Assembly: GCA_010356995.1 (NCBI GenBank)
Contig: ML996699.1
Coordinates: 819,646 to 883,645, forward strand
Direction: 5' to 3'
Length of the DNA: 64,000 bases
From: Trichodelitschia bisporula
Lineage: Eukaryota
The notes beneath the pieces are model-generated. The model saw only the letters and a program-made list of their open reading frames with translations, had not been told where the DNA came from and ran no database searches. A program made the position numbers and the translations under genes. This document shows positions 13,169 through 25,012 of the stretch, in pieces; position 1 is the first letter of the stretch; the number at the start of each line of letters is the position of its first letter.

Positions 13169-13186
13169 ATAGCATAAATTCATCCT

Positions 13187-13991
13187 CTACTTGATCTTCT
13201 TCGCCTTGAGCTTGATCGTCTCATCGTTAACGAAGATGCCCTTGCCCTTGTACGGCTCCGGCACGCGCCACTTGCGGATGTTGGCCGCGAACTGCTTCAC
13301 TACCTCCTTCTCTGGACCCTCAAGCAGGATGCGTGTCGGCTGTGGTGTGCTCGCCTTGACGCCCCGCGGCACGCCCAGTTCAATGGGATGCGAGTAGCCC
13401 ACCTTGAGGCTAACAAACTGCTGTCCCTCATACTCCGGCTCTTTGGTCACCGCTGTCGGCTCCACCGTTGCCCTGTATCCAACACCGACAAGGCGTAGAA
13501 TCGCCGTATGACCCTCCGACACGCCCAACACGTGGTTCTGCAGGTATGCGCGAACGGTGCCTGCGTCGTTAGACCGATCCTACTCTATCGCGAGTAACGC
13601 ACCCCACATAGCCCTTTGCGCACGATCCTCCGGGTCCTCAACGCTGACCACCGGCGCGCTGGTCGGACTTGTGCGAGTAATCTTGACATACGGCGGGATC
13701 TCCATGCTCATCTCACCTGAGCGTGTTAGCCGGCCCGGCGCACGGGAGAAGCAGCCTACCTAGCGGCCCCTTGATCTCTACCGTCGGCCCGACCTCATTC
13801 TTTCCGGTCACTTTACGGCGGCTGGCCCGTGGAGGTGGGATGATGCGGAAGCAGACCTCTGGCGGGATGGAGATAGGAGCTTGGCCGATTTTGGAGCGGC
13901 ATGGTGAGGTGGATGCGAAGGATCGTGAGTGCCTGAATAGTGGTGAGGTGCGAGAGGCGCAGATGAGACGGTGGGCTGGTCGGGAGGACAT
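13187..13991 (-). CDS. MRPL6: Mitochondrial ribosomal protein uL6m, 3 exons
   Basis: Arg/Ser-rich presequence; SKIGQAPI, KGPLG, LVGVGYRA, LKVGYSHP and RVPEPYKGKGI motifs; introns 13717-13759 and 13561-13602. Confidence 0.93.
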
Positions 13992-14572
13992 GTTGGCGTA
14001 GTATCTGAGAGGTGGTGGGCGGGCGAACTGATCGCTACAGGAGGTGCTTTCCGCGATCACGAACTTTTCGAGTAAAGGCGCCAAGGGAAATATCACTGCT
14101 GCCTTCGTCCGCCAAAACATGATAATATGAGGCAGCTACTTTATTCCCGTGATTGCCAGGCAATTGGCCAGGGTGCGGAAGGTCATCCTCGGTTAAACTT
14201 CGCTTGATTAGGTTATCAAGCCCACAGCGGGCCGTCCCGCTGGCAGGGGTTGAGCCTGCGGAGTCCTTATCCCTGCCATCATTTTCATGCATTGATTGGC
14301 TTTCGCACTGCACCTTCCTCACGAGCTTCAATCGCTAAATTCGATTCTCCCAACTTCCTCCAGATATCTACAACTTCTTTCAAAAACCCTTCCCAAAAGC
14401 CTTCTTGACACTCTTCATATACGCCCTTCGAATTTCAACGGCCTCAAAGTTCTCTACAACTACAAGTATATGAGTTGCCCCATCACTCACAAATATATAC
14501 TCATTCTTATAGCTAACCATCCCCCCTTCGCCGGATACGTCCACGCTCCTTACTTTTCCTCCTCCAGCCAGT

Positions 14573-16244
14573 ATGAAGCTGCTGAAGCTTGCTCCTGTCA
14601 GCCTTGGGCTGTTAGACGTCGCCTCCGCGGCGGTTGATCACTTCCTCCCGGCTAAGGAATTCGCCGCCATTCTCAAGCCAAAGGTGGCGGCGCGCGACCT
14701 CGTCTACTCAAAGGCGATTAGCATCTTGGAGGCGATGGATGACAGTCCATCGTGCGCCCGCGTGGCCACAGACAATCTCATCGGAGATTGCCAGGCCCTA
14801 AACGCTCCAGATGCTGCGTCAGTCAAGCAAACGTACTCGATGCGCCTAGCAATGTGCGAGCTGAAGGAGGGAGGCAAATGGCCTCGCCAGTGCAAAGTCT
14901 TCCTGCCGACACGCGAGGGGTGCACGGAAAATTGCTTCGTCAGCCCGACTCCGCGTCAAACGAAAGACTGCCTTCAGAAGCTCGGGGAGACTCCGCAGTT
15001 TTGGACGAGCTTCAGCAACGCTGGCCACGGCGCCGTAGCAGTTTGCGAGGCAAGCCGCTGGGAGAATCGTCAAGGTATGAAAGGCCACGATTCCCAGTAT
15101 TCGCTAACCAGATGTAGCGGAGATGGAGCGCGCCATGCTCGATACCTTCAGGGAGAGCAAGGACTTGTACAAGGGCCTGATGAACGATCTTGAGAGCGTC
15201 CTTGACGCTCTGGCAAAAGCCAACGAGATGGCTGCCGAGCAAGTGACTGCCGAGCGTGACGAGACCCGAACGGATTTCCTGCAAGCAACAGCATTGGTGG
15301 GTCGCGAATTGAACGATTTCGTAAACTTTGTGCAGTCGGGATTGATGAATACCGGGACTGAAGTCAACGGCTTGAGTACCGTATGACAAAACTCATAACT
15401 TGAGGCTCAAGCTAACTCGTACAGCGCATTCTGACCGCTGATCGTCACGCCGCTTCGCTTATGGATACGCTGATCAAGCTCAGCGGTGTCGCAGAGGGCA
15501 TCAACGACTTGGAGGGGGCTCTCAAAGGCCTCGACAAAAGTGTCCACGGAGTCCAAGGCACTGTCAGCACCATGGGAGCCTCGCTGACTGGCCTTTTCGA
15601 CACGTTTGAGCAGCGCCAGGGCACGATGGCGGCCGTCTGGGCCCAGCAAGACAGCATCAACGCCCGTTTCGAGAGTGCCAGCAACAATGTCGACATGGTT
15701 CGAGTTAAGCTGAATGCGATGTACGACGAGGTTCCGGCGCTTACGGAGGATCTCCGGGACCTACGGCAAATCATTGTCAACACCACTGAGCTGTTCGTGA
15801 ATCAGTCCGACATACTGATGAGCAACAACATGAAGCTGGAGACGCAAGCCGATCTAATCGACCGCCTGCAGAAGGCGTCCGTATCGGGCGGCCTTCGAGA
15901 CTTCGCGCTGACGATAGCGGCAATGATTACCGTTCGAGTTGCGAGTTTGCCACTGGCAGTGGTGATTGGGTCTTGCATCGGTAATATACCATACTGACTG
16001 AGTGATATGGGCTAACCCGTTGACAGTTTTCACGATGACTCCAATTTCACATCTTCTCCTCCGCGCCTACGGGGTCATGACGCTCAAGCCCCTGCACCGA
16101 GAGTTACTATATTGTCTCGAGAACCTTGATCGGACCGCGATCCTCATCACGATTCAGATCGGCGGAACTCTCACCATCTTCCTGTTTCTCGTTTTCGTCC
16201 TCCGGTGTCTAGTCTCTCAAGCCTCTGGCCGGTGTTACATCTAG
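14573..16244 (+). CDS. KAR5: Nuclear membrane fusion protein of the Kar5/Tht1/GEX1/Brambleberry family, 4 exons
   Basis: Signal peptide; Cys-rich domain (SPSCARVA..LIGDC...YSMRLAMCEL...C...CL..L...QFWTSFSN.....VAVC); long coiled coil; C-terminal TM segments. Introns 15075-15117, 15381-15424 and 15981-16026 keep the frame. Confidence 0.85.
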
Positions 16245-16593
16245 TATAGTTCGGGTCTATAAGTCTGGTACATAAAACTAAAATATAAGCTCGCTCCTGA
16301 CATCTAATGTTATGTCCGGATTGAGTGATGCTGCTAATGCATGGAGTTTGCCTTAACTTATCGATAAGTACGCGGCACACTCCCGCTGTGGCGTCGTCAC
16401 CCCTCTTGGCCCAACGCGAAAAAGTTAACGCCAGGTACTGGAACGACACTGCTGTCCCACCCGATTCAACGTCCACGCCACTGAACAACGATCTACAATC
16501 TTCACCGACAGTTGAATACCCCACTAAGCAACTGTGCTTAACAGACAACACCCAACACCACTTGTGGGTGTCCTTCCTCCCAGATTAGCCACC

Positions 16594-19500
16594 ATGGTCG
16601 ATTCTGCTACCCCGCCTCCCCGTAAGGGAAAGCTCCATGCGACTTTGCTGCGTCTTGGTGTCGCGCCTCTCATCGTACATTTCAAATCGACTGGATTCAT
16701 GTCTCCTATCGCCTTGGACGCCTATGACGGGAGAATTCTTAAGCGTACGTTGCAAGACAGTGCCCGCCAGGTCATCGTCAGGTTCGTACCCCTCACCCCC
16801 GCCAGACGTATACTCACATCCCCAGGGAGGAACTCGGTTCCGACGAGCTCCTTTGGAAGGAACTTGCCGAGCTCTTCGAAGCGGCTGTGCCCTCACTGAC
16901 CGACCGCTGTTTTTACGCCTCGAAGCCTACGGACTCTGCCGACTACGAGAACGCTTCGTCTATGCGCATCGTGTCCAACTACACAAGCTTGATCAAGGAC
17001 ATTGGGCGGCTCAACGACCTCGTGGCTATTGCGCGTAACGCCCTCACTATCGGAGATGTGGCCCAAAATCTGGCGGCCAAGGAGTGCTTTGACCAGGCCA
17101 TCTTCAAGCTCATCACTCTATGCATCAAGGTCACCGCGCGCGGATTCGATTCTAATGGCTCACCTGCCGACGAAGAGAAGTGGCAATTCGTCATCAATGA
17201 CTATAAGAAGCTCCTCATCGTGTGCCTGCAATTCCTCAATAACCTCGTGGCACAAAATGAGCGTCGTAAGCTCATGCTCTGGGTCGAGTTGTTTGATAGC
17301 TCGGCCGATGGCGGTCTTAACGAGAATCTTTCTCAGAAGTTTGCCCCGGAGGTAGCCCATGCTTTGAGCCCACAGCCTCCGCGGGAAGAAGTTAAGCAGC
17401 CACAGCTTCCTCGGCGCATTCCCATGGATATGGATTTGGCGGCGTCCCCGTTCCTTCTCTACATCGGCAAGGTCGGCATGGACATTAAGAAGGAGCTACA
17501 GGACCAAGGTAAGCCCAATGGAGCCACTGAGATTGCTGCAGAGTGCAAGAAGCGGTGGGAGCAAATGCCTCCCGATGAACAAAAGGTAAGTCTGCCGTAT
17601 CTCGTCGGCACCTGGTCAGCAACAGCTGGCTAATTTTCGTAGCATTGGCAGAACCACTACGGCGAGCTCCTCACCCGCTACCCCGATGATGTTTGCGGCC
17701 CCAAGCCCGTTCGCGACAAGGCGAACGAAAGTGTGGCCGCGCTTGCTCGTACAGTTGAGCAGCTGCAGGCTGACATCCGGAGCTTGCGGCTGTCGGTTTC
17801 GGGGCGGTCGCTCGGCGACTCTGACATGATCGGCGCTGGTGCTAACGACACAACTCGTATAGGCGACAACATACGCATCGGAGAGAGCATCTCGGTTGCC
17901 GATAATCCTCCCAAGTCCCCGGCCGCTGTTGATTCAGCCCCCGCCGGGACAGATGACTACCGCGTCACCTACTCTGCCGAATACGGGACGGCCATCCTAC
18001 AGCAAGGGAAGGAGGACCTCCTCAAGCGTCTCGAGCCTGACTCAGAGCGCCCTACGCCTCAAAACGGCAGCGACAGGCATGCGGATGAAGATGCATCACC
18101 CGAGGATGGTAGCGCGCCGCCCGTGCAGACTGATGACGGCGGCGATCAGCATAGCGAAGAGGATGAGAGCGACGACGATTACGCTGTACCTGGTGACGAC
18201 GGCCGTGGGCTCCTTACGGATGTACCGCTTATTTTGGGTCCTACTGAAATCGAAGTCTTGCCGATGATCATCCAGTCCGGGATTGTAGCGCCAACCACGA
18301 TCCAGCCTGGCCACGGTAGCAGCAAACAAGAAATTGCAGCCATCAAAAACATGCATACAGTGCGATGCCACCTCCTATTGGCGCAAGACAACGGCCGCAA
18401 TCTCTTGCGGGAGCTTCTCATCTTCGTGGCAGCCTGGGATCTGCGGGAGGACGAGCTTTACTTCCGGATCATGGTCAAGATCATGGAGGCAGTGCTGCTC
18501 AATGGCCTCATGCCGTACTCCTACCACGCCTTTAAGGAGTCTAAGGATATTATCTCGCCTGCCCAAGCTGTCATCATGAAGCTTCTCACGAGCATCTTTC
18601 GTGCCCGGCAGTCTGAGAAGGCGGTCCAGCCTGCAGATGGAGACAAGAGTCAGACTGAGCAGGCCGTCTATCCGCAGAAGGAGGATGTGCAGATGGTCAG
18701 CTTTCTCTTTACCGAATTCCGCCGCGAGATAATCCCGCAGACGTGCGCCCTCATCTTCCTTCAGGGCCAGATCCGCAATGGCACTGCCTCTCCCGACGAG
18801 TTCCCGCTGAACCTGTGGGACATGGAGCGCATGTACGAGGGAATCTACCAGTATCTCGAGTTCTTCGCCATCTTGACGGAGCACGATAAATGGAAGCAGA
18901 TGATGGCCACCTGGGAGATCACGAGCGAGCTTGTCACACTCCTCGAGGAGCTCGATGTGGCTATCCCACGGTCCACAGCACGCACGCAGCTGCCCAACCG
19001 CCGACCACAGAACCAACCTGCGCCGTCTTACGCGCCTCCTGCATCCGAACAGGCAGCGCCTGCCTCGCAGCAGCCTATCGCCGTGGAACGCCCGTACGAC
19101 ATCAACAGCCCGAACCAGGGCGATGTCAGCCCCCCTGTTCAACCCGATGCCCCACAGCCGCCGTACGCCACGCAGGCTGAAGATGAGCCGTCGGACTTTG
19201 AGTGGCGCAACCTGAAAAAGCTCGCCGTCCTCGTACTCTCGAGCTTGGTGTGGAAGTCCCGTGTGGTGCAGGACCAGCTGGGTGCACCAGATAGCCAGGG
19301 CCGGCCTGGACGCGGGATACGTGCGCTGCTCAACTGCTGCAAGGTGGACGATTACAACCCATATATCAAGGAGCACGCGATCATGGCGCTGCGCTTTGCG
19401 CTCGAGGGTCACGTTGAGAATCAGGCCGTAGTGAGCAATCTGTCGCGCATGCCGGTGGATGAAGAAGGGCGTGCGGTGGATGTGCCGAATGAAGTACTCG

Positions 19501-19730
19501 ATATCAATGGGTATGAGACGTATGTTGATGGCAAAGGGCAGGTGCAGCTGAGGCGGCGGGATGCGCCGCGGAGAGCGGGGGCTGGGACGGTTGCCCGTGC
19601 GGCTGTGACTGAGGGTGGTGTTAGGGAGAACTTGATGGAGTATATGCAGAATGCGATGGGGGGGAAGACGCATGAGGAGCGGGAGAGTGCGGCGGAGTTG
19701 ATGAAGAAGGCTCTTGACTCGTTCAAGTGA
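16594..19730 (+). CDS. CTR86: Ataxin-10/Ctr86-family ARM-like protein with an internal HMG-box-like segment, 3 exons
   Basis: C-terminal Ataxin-10 motif FEWRNLKKLAVLVLSSLVWK...GIRALLNCCKVDDYNPYIKEHAIMALRFALEGHVENQ; introns 16782-16825 and 17586-17642. Confidence 0.85.
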
Positions 19731-20285
19731 GGGGCATATAGAGATGGTCTGGGATGGTTTGGGCATGGGATTTGGGTGGCATGGGGACAAATGGCGTGGG
19801 ATCAAACGTATATGGCGTATTTATACTTGCGAGGCTGAATTCAATGTACCATTTTACTATTACCGTACCTTCGGCTTGCCATGACGGAAACAGAATCTGG
19901 CATGGCTTATGGCAGACAGGAACCTGAACTCGGACGACTATCAGGACTGGTCTTCTGGGGATGACCATGGCTTCTCCTACACACACTGCCATATTAGCAC
20001 TGCTATATACAACACGAACTAAGAGCAATACGCTCTCTTGCCGGCCAATGTCATCTTCATGGCCCATCACGTGGGTGATATGGAGGGGCACCGCCACGGC
20101 TGCAAGGATGGCGTGCCCCTCAGTTCCTCTCCTCCGAAGAGCTCCGCATGCTCACTGCTCCATCCCGTTTTCTTTTCTTTTCTTCTCAACCTCTCGTCTC
20201 GTCTCACCTTCGAGCCTCCTGTCGAATTCCTTTCATACCCTCCCGCCACTTCAAGATCGTCTCCGCTGCCGCTCGCCGCATAAAA

Positions 20286-21339
20286 ATGGCCGCAGTAGCA
20301 GATACCTACGCCGGTAGGCCCTCGCGCGTGCGTGCGCTTGAATCGTACAGCGCAACCGCTAAACAGGCTTAGATCCGGTCCACATTGCCGTCATCGGCGG
20401 CACGGGTCTCCAACACCTCCCGCACTTCGAGCACGTCGCGACGCTGAACGTATCCACGCCATGGGGCGCGCCCTCATCGCCCATCTCAATCCTGCACCAC
20501 CCGTCCCCCACCAGCGGCCGCCAGGTGCCCATCGCCTTCCTGTCGCGCCACGGGCTGCACCACGAGCTCGCGCCGCACGAGGTGCCGAACCGGGCGAACA
20601 TCGCTGCGCTGCGGTCCTTGGGCGTGCGTACGATCATTGCGTTTTCGGCGGTCGGGAGCTTGAGGGAGGAGATTAAGCCGCGGGACTTCGTGGTGCCGGA
20701 TCAGATTATTGATCGCACGAAGGGGGTGCGCCCGTTTACGTTCTTTGAGGGTGGGTTTGTGGGGCATGTTGGGTTTGGGGATCCGTTTGATGAGGGGCTG
20801 GCGAAGGTTGTGCGGAAGTGTGGGCATAGCCTTGAAGGGGAGGGGGTGAGGTTGCATGATAAGGGGGTGGTGATCTGCATGGGTTAGTTTGTTCTGAAAG
20901 TGTGTGGGTGGGACTAAATTTCTTAGAGGGCCCGCAGTTCAGCACGCGCGCTGAGAGCAATATGTATCGCAGCTGGGGTGGCAGCGTTATCAACATGTCG
21001 GCGCTGCCGGAGGCGAAGCTGGCGCGCGAGGCGGAGATCGCGTATCAGATGATCTGCATGAGCACCGACTACGACTGCTGGCATGAGACGGAGGATGTCA
21101 ATGTTGCTATGGTCATGGCTAACATGACTGCCAATGCGAAGAACGCGCGTCACTTCGTCGGCGCCGTTCTGGATGAGCTCACCAAGGAGGAACACGGGCA
21201 GCAGGTCCTGGCGAAGCACCTTGAGGGGCAGAGCAAGTTCTGCGTTAGTACGAACGAGGCAGGTCGCAAGAAGGAGGCTGTAGAGAAGCTGAACTGGCTG
21301 TTCCCTGGATACTTTGAGACTACGAAGGACGATCTATGA
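20286..21339 (+). CDS. MEU1: S-methyl-5'-thioadenosine phosphorylase, 3 exons
   Basis: Motifs [55 protein letters not shown] and MSTDYDCW; introns 20314-20372 and 20883-20926. Confidence 0.95.
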
Positions 21340-21588
21340 AGGTATGCAGTTCAAAACCTTACATTCTTTGCTAGCCTCCTACAGAAAACCAAATAGCCAT
21401 TAAACTAAACCTGTAGAGCGCAATATCAACATTCTGTAAATCCCAAGGTTCGGCATGTCACCTTTGAAGTGTTAGCTACGCAACATATACAGGATGATGG
21501 TACTTACTGTTCGATATTTCTAACCACGGTGCACGCGGAGGGCCGCTGGCCGGGCCGGCGAAGCGATCTCGTGCTGCGTCTGGGGAGT

Positions 21589-22110
21589 TTACGCGATGGT
21601 GGTGAGGTGGGCGTCGGGCCAGCGGTGCTCGCGGCGCACAGGGTCCCAGGGGGGTGGTCCGTTGCCAGGACGGTTGACGGTGAAGGAGTACTCCGAGGGC
21701 TTCTTCGGCTTCTGGAGCTTTTTGATCTGCTTCTTGACCTGCTTATTCATGGCCTTGACCTTGCGACCGACCTTCCTGCAAATGATTTTCACACCAGTCT
21801 TAGTCCGCTCCGCCAACCCCGGCTCCTGGTAACGGTACACGATTTTCTTCATGTCCCAATGGACGGAGCGGTTGCTATCGTTGCGCATTGGCTCACCGGA
21901 GTTCTTTTGGGCGGTCGGCGGGCTCGAGGAAGAAGATGTGGAATTACCACGCCCGATGTCGAAGCTGAGAACATCGAGGCTGACGTCCGGACAATCCGAG
22001 CTCAGGTGCTGGAAGATGCTGGAGTAGCTCGGTGATGGCTCCATCGCCCGGTGCTGGCGCAGATCCATGCGGCTCCGAGTCGTGCGGCCATCGTTGAAGG
22101 TGTACACCAT
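21589..22110 (-). CDS. Hypothetical basic protein (173 aa)
   Basis: ATG-initiated ORF with C/G-ending codons and a Lys-rich helix; no recognisable domain. Confidence 0.4.
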   Translation of the reverse strand: MVYTFNDGRTTRSRMDLRQHRAMEPSPSYSSIFQHLSSDCPDVSLDVLSFDIGRGNSTSSSSSPPTAQKNSGEPMRNDSNRSVHWDMKKIVYRYQEPGLAERTKTGVKIICRKVGRKVKAMNKQVKKQIKKLQKPKKPSEYSFTVNRPGNGPPPWDPVRREHRWPDAHLTTIA

Positions 22111-22441
22111 GCTTGAGGGCGCGGGTTCGCCATGGGCGTGACGGGCAGAGAAGGCAACGCGCGGGCACGGTGCCTGGATGATGGAGTGGGAATCGGTCTG
22201 GTTGCTCTGTCAATACCTACTTGTCGCTGATACTGTACAGAAGCGTACTTCTGGGCGAACTACGGGTCGGACCCGCAATTCTCAGCAGTCATATGCTCGC
22301 GAGGCTGGTTAGTAGGCTACACGAGCCTAATAGGCGTATACGGAATTCGGGTACTTGACGACCAGAGACTGGGCAATGGGAGACCGGGCAATTGGGCCCC
22401 GGTGAGAAGGGCTGATTGACGAAATTGCTATGCCATCGTCT

Positions 22442-22911
22442 TTACGACTTCTGACTTACGCTCTTACGCACAATCGGCGGGCTCGAGCCTGGTGGCGAGG
22501 GGTACGGGGCTGCGGCGGCGCCTGACTGCTTCACTTCACTGCGCTGGCGCTGGCGCTGGCGCACCTTTTTGAGATGCTTGTAAGGAAAGTCTTCGGAGTC
22601 TACAAGCGCGAGGGCCGCGCCGGTCGCGGAGATAATGGCGTCTTCGCGCGCCGCGGCTTCCGAGTCGGCGGTCTCGATGGCCTCGTTGATTTCCTCCATT
22701 GTCTATTGTCGTTAGTTTGGGGTATGCTATGGGGGAGGGGACGTACGCTGGGAGACAGCGGGCGCATCTGGTACCGATTCAGATTGACCTCCGTGTGCCC
22801 AGGCTCGTCGATCGGGAAGCGCGGGCGGCCGGGCGTGCTGCCGATGTTGAGGATGTGGTTGCTGAAGGTTGGGCGGAAGGGGGTATGGGGGCGCGCCATA
22901 GAGAGCAACAT
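22442..22911 (-). CDS. Hypothetical protein (~141 aa), 2 exons
   Basis: A canonical 44-nt intron at 22703-22746 (GTACGT...ACTAAC...TAG) joins ORFs 22600-22911 and 22442-22699 in frame. Confidence 0.65.
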
Positions 22912-23698
22912 GATGGCGGTGGGTTTCTCTGGTGGTTAGTTGGGAGTTGAGAATTGGGGGTGGTGTTGGTGTTAGTGGACAAACGGTCGAGGGAAGGGAG
23001 AAAGGAAGAGGAAGTGGGTTGTGGGGAGAGTTCGAGGGTGGAGGCTTGCGGATGCGGAGCTCGACCCGAGGAGGTATTCATTGGTTGAGCTTTCCGTGTG
23101 AGGTGACGCAATTCTGCAGCTTGGTGGTGTTGGGAGTTCTTCGGAACGTGCCAAGACGTCGTGATGTTGTCCGATGTGGTGGAGTATTTCGTCCCGATTG
23201 GGAAACGTGATGATCACGAGGGGCAGGGATGGAACGGGCCGGTGACGTTTCTTCTCCCCTAAAACACTGTTTGTTATGCGCGCTGAATGCTATTTAGCAG
23301 TTCATGCTCCATATACTCGATCGCGACCATCGCATAGACCTTCAGCCAACGCAAGATGTGCGCATAACCTCCCAAACAACATAGACTGCAGCGCAGCGCT
23401 AAGCCCTACCCTCCCCAGTGTACCCCAGATCCTAGCCCTGGCCCGTGGAACCACCGATGCACTCTTGGGTTATTCATGCGCTGTTTCTACGCTAGAAACG
23501 TTCCCGGTTTGAGAGTGTTTGGTTTCCCGGTTGCGCTGATCGGGTCTGGTCCGCCGTGTTTTTAGCAGGGCGGGAACTCGAAATAGACGTCGGCTGGTGC
23601 GATCACCGATGCCGGCCGCTTGGAGTGCGAGATGAAGCTTCTAACCTGCGTCCCGTGGGGGCACGATGGCCGACTGCCGTGGGGAGAAGCGGAGGGGA

Positions 23699-23705
23699 TA
23701 TAAAT
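23699..23705 (+). promoter_or_regulatory. TATA box candidate for the Gly-Pro-rich secreted protein gene
   Basis: TATAAAT about 145 nt upstream of ATG 23850, followed by a C/A-rich leader. Confidence 0.45.
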
Positions 23706-23849
23706 CCCATGCTCCGTAGGAGGAGAACCCCATTGCCATCACCTCCAACTCCAACTCAGCAAGACACTCTACTTCTCCAGCAAGCAAGCAATCGTACGCC
23801 CTGCGCTCCCCCTCTACCAACACCACTAACTTCCCCAGACACCACCAAA

Positions 23850-24293
23850 ATGCGCCTGACCTACCTCCTCCCACTCCTCCCTCTGATCCTCGCCGCGCCG
23901 CTCCCAACCGAAGATACCGCCGCCACCGCCGCTACCACCGACGAAAAAGCCGACTACCCAGGCCCACCGCCGGGCTACTACGGTCCCGGGCCCGGCGGTC
24001 CCACGCCCTACGGTGGAACCGGGCCGTACAGTGGTCCCGGGCCGTACGTCAATGGCCCCGGGCCCGGGCCGCACCCCGTTCCTGGGCCGGGAGTGTGGGG
24101 TGGACCGGGGAGGCCGGGTCCTGGGCCTGGGCCTGGGTCTTGGGGGCCAGGAGGGCCTGGAGCTTGGGGGCCGGGAGGGCCGGGGCCGGGCGGAGCGTGG
24201 GGGCCGGGTGGACCCGGCGGATGGGGGCCTGGTGGTCCGGGACCGAAGGGGCCGGGGGGGTGGGGTGGTCCGGGGGGGTTTCATGGGCATTAA
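23850..24293 (+). CDS. Small secreted Gly/Pro-rich repeat protein (147 aa) with GPY and WGPGGPG repeats
   Basis: CAAAATG start context; signal peptide MRLTYLLPLLPLILA-AP; acidic Thr/Ala linker; Tyr-GP block followed by Trp-GPGG block. Confidence 0.8.
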   Translation: MRLTYLLPLLPLILAAPLPTEDTAATAATTDEKADYPGPPPGYYGPGPGGPTPYGGTGPYSGPGPYVNGPGPGPHPVPGPGVWGGPGRPGPGPGPGSWGPGGPGAWGPGGPGPGGAWGPGGPGGWGPGGPGPKGPGGWGGPGGFHGH

Positions 24294-24487
24294 GGGGAGC
24301 GTGGGGCTTGAGAAGGACGTAGGGCTTGAAGGGTAATTGCGGTCGCTTTCTTGGGGTTGAGGGCTCGATTTCTATGTTTGGTTTGGTTGGGAAGGGTTTG
24401 TATTTCGGTTATGCAGTATGAGTTAAGACTATGGGCATGCTTTTTGCGCTTCGCTGAATTGCTCCCTCCATGTGCCTGTGACGGCGC

Positions 24488-25012
24488 TCACTTGAACACC
24501 GCGAGGCCCTTGTCCAGCGCAGCGTTGATCTGCTTCCCCACCGCCTCGCCCGCCGCTGCCAGACTCGCCGGCAGCTTGCTGCTGATGATCTTAATCAGCT
24601 GCTCGCCCTCGCTCTTGATATGCACAATCGAGCTCCGAACGTCGGCACTCAAGCCCAGCTTATCAAAATCCGCCTTATGCCCCGTCAGCCGGTCGATAAC
24701 CTTGTTGATATCCGTGACCAGTGTATTCCCGGGCGCCGCCACGCCCGCAGTCTCCACCGGGGAAAGCACGGCGATCGGTTGGATCGCAGTCTTTGCCGTT
24801 TGGATGAAGTTAACGAGCGCGTGGGACTGCATGATCACGGCTTTGCCGTCTGCCTCGGCGCCGGTGAAGGCTTCGATTTTGGTGGCGAGGGCGACGAAAG
24901 CGCCGCTGATGTTGCTCAGCGAGTCGACGATGGGCTTGACGTCGCGCTTGAGGGGGGAGGCGAGGGAGGTGGTGGCGAGGAGCGCGAGGGAGAAGAGCGA
25001 GGTGAAATGCAT
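24488..25012 (-). CDS. hsbA: Hydrophobic surface binding protein A / Mp1-like cell-wall protein
   Basis: Signal peptide plus Kex2-like KR site; 174-aa Cys-free amphipathic helical body; HKADFDKLG, IISSKLP and a C-terminal ...DKGLAVFK pattern typical of the HsbA family. TATAAAT lies at 25142-25136. Confidence 0.8.
   Translation of the reverse strand: MHFTSLFSLALLATTSLASPLKRDVKPIVDSLSNISGAFVALATKIEAFTGAEADGKAVIMQSHALVNFIQTAKTAIQPIAVLSPVETAGVAAPGNTLVTDINKVIDRLTGHKADFDKLGLSADVRSSIVHIKSEGEQLIKIISSKLPASLAAAGEAVGKQINAALDKGLAVFK

Noticed and set aside
14573..19730. Mating-type locus (KAR5 next to an HMG box)
   Set aside because: The HMG-like segment is internal to an Ataxin-10 homolog, and no APN2, SLA2 or alpha-box gene is in the window.
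18375..19805. 476-aa antisense ORF
   Set aside because: Shadow of the GC-biased Ataxin-10 coding strand; no domain features. The same applies to 52387-53349 and 35761-36387.
11990..21339. Sulfur/methionine cluster (MET22 and MEU1)
   Set aside because: Separated by three unrelated housekeeping genes; the proximity is probably chance.
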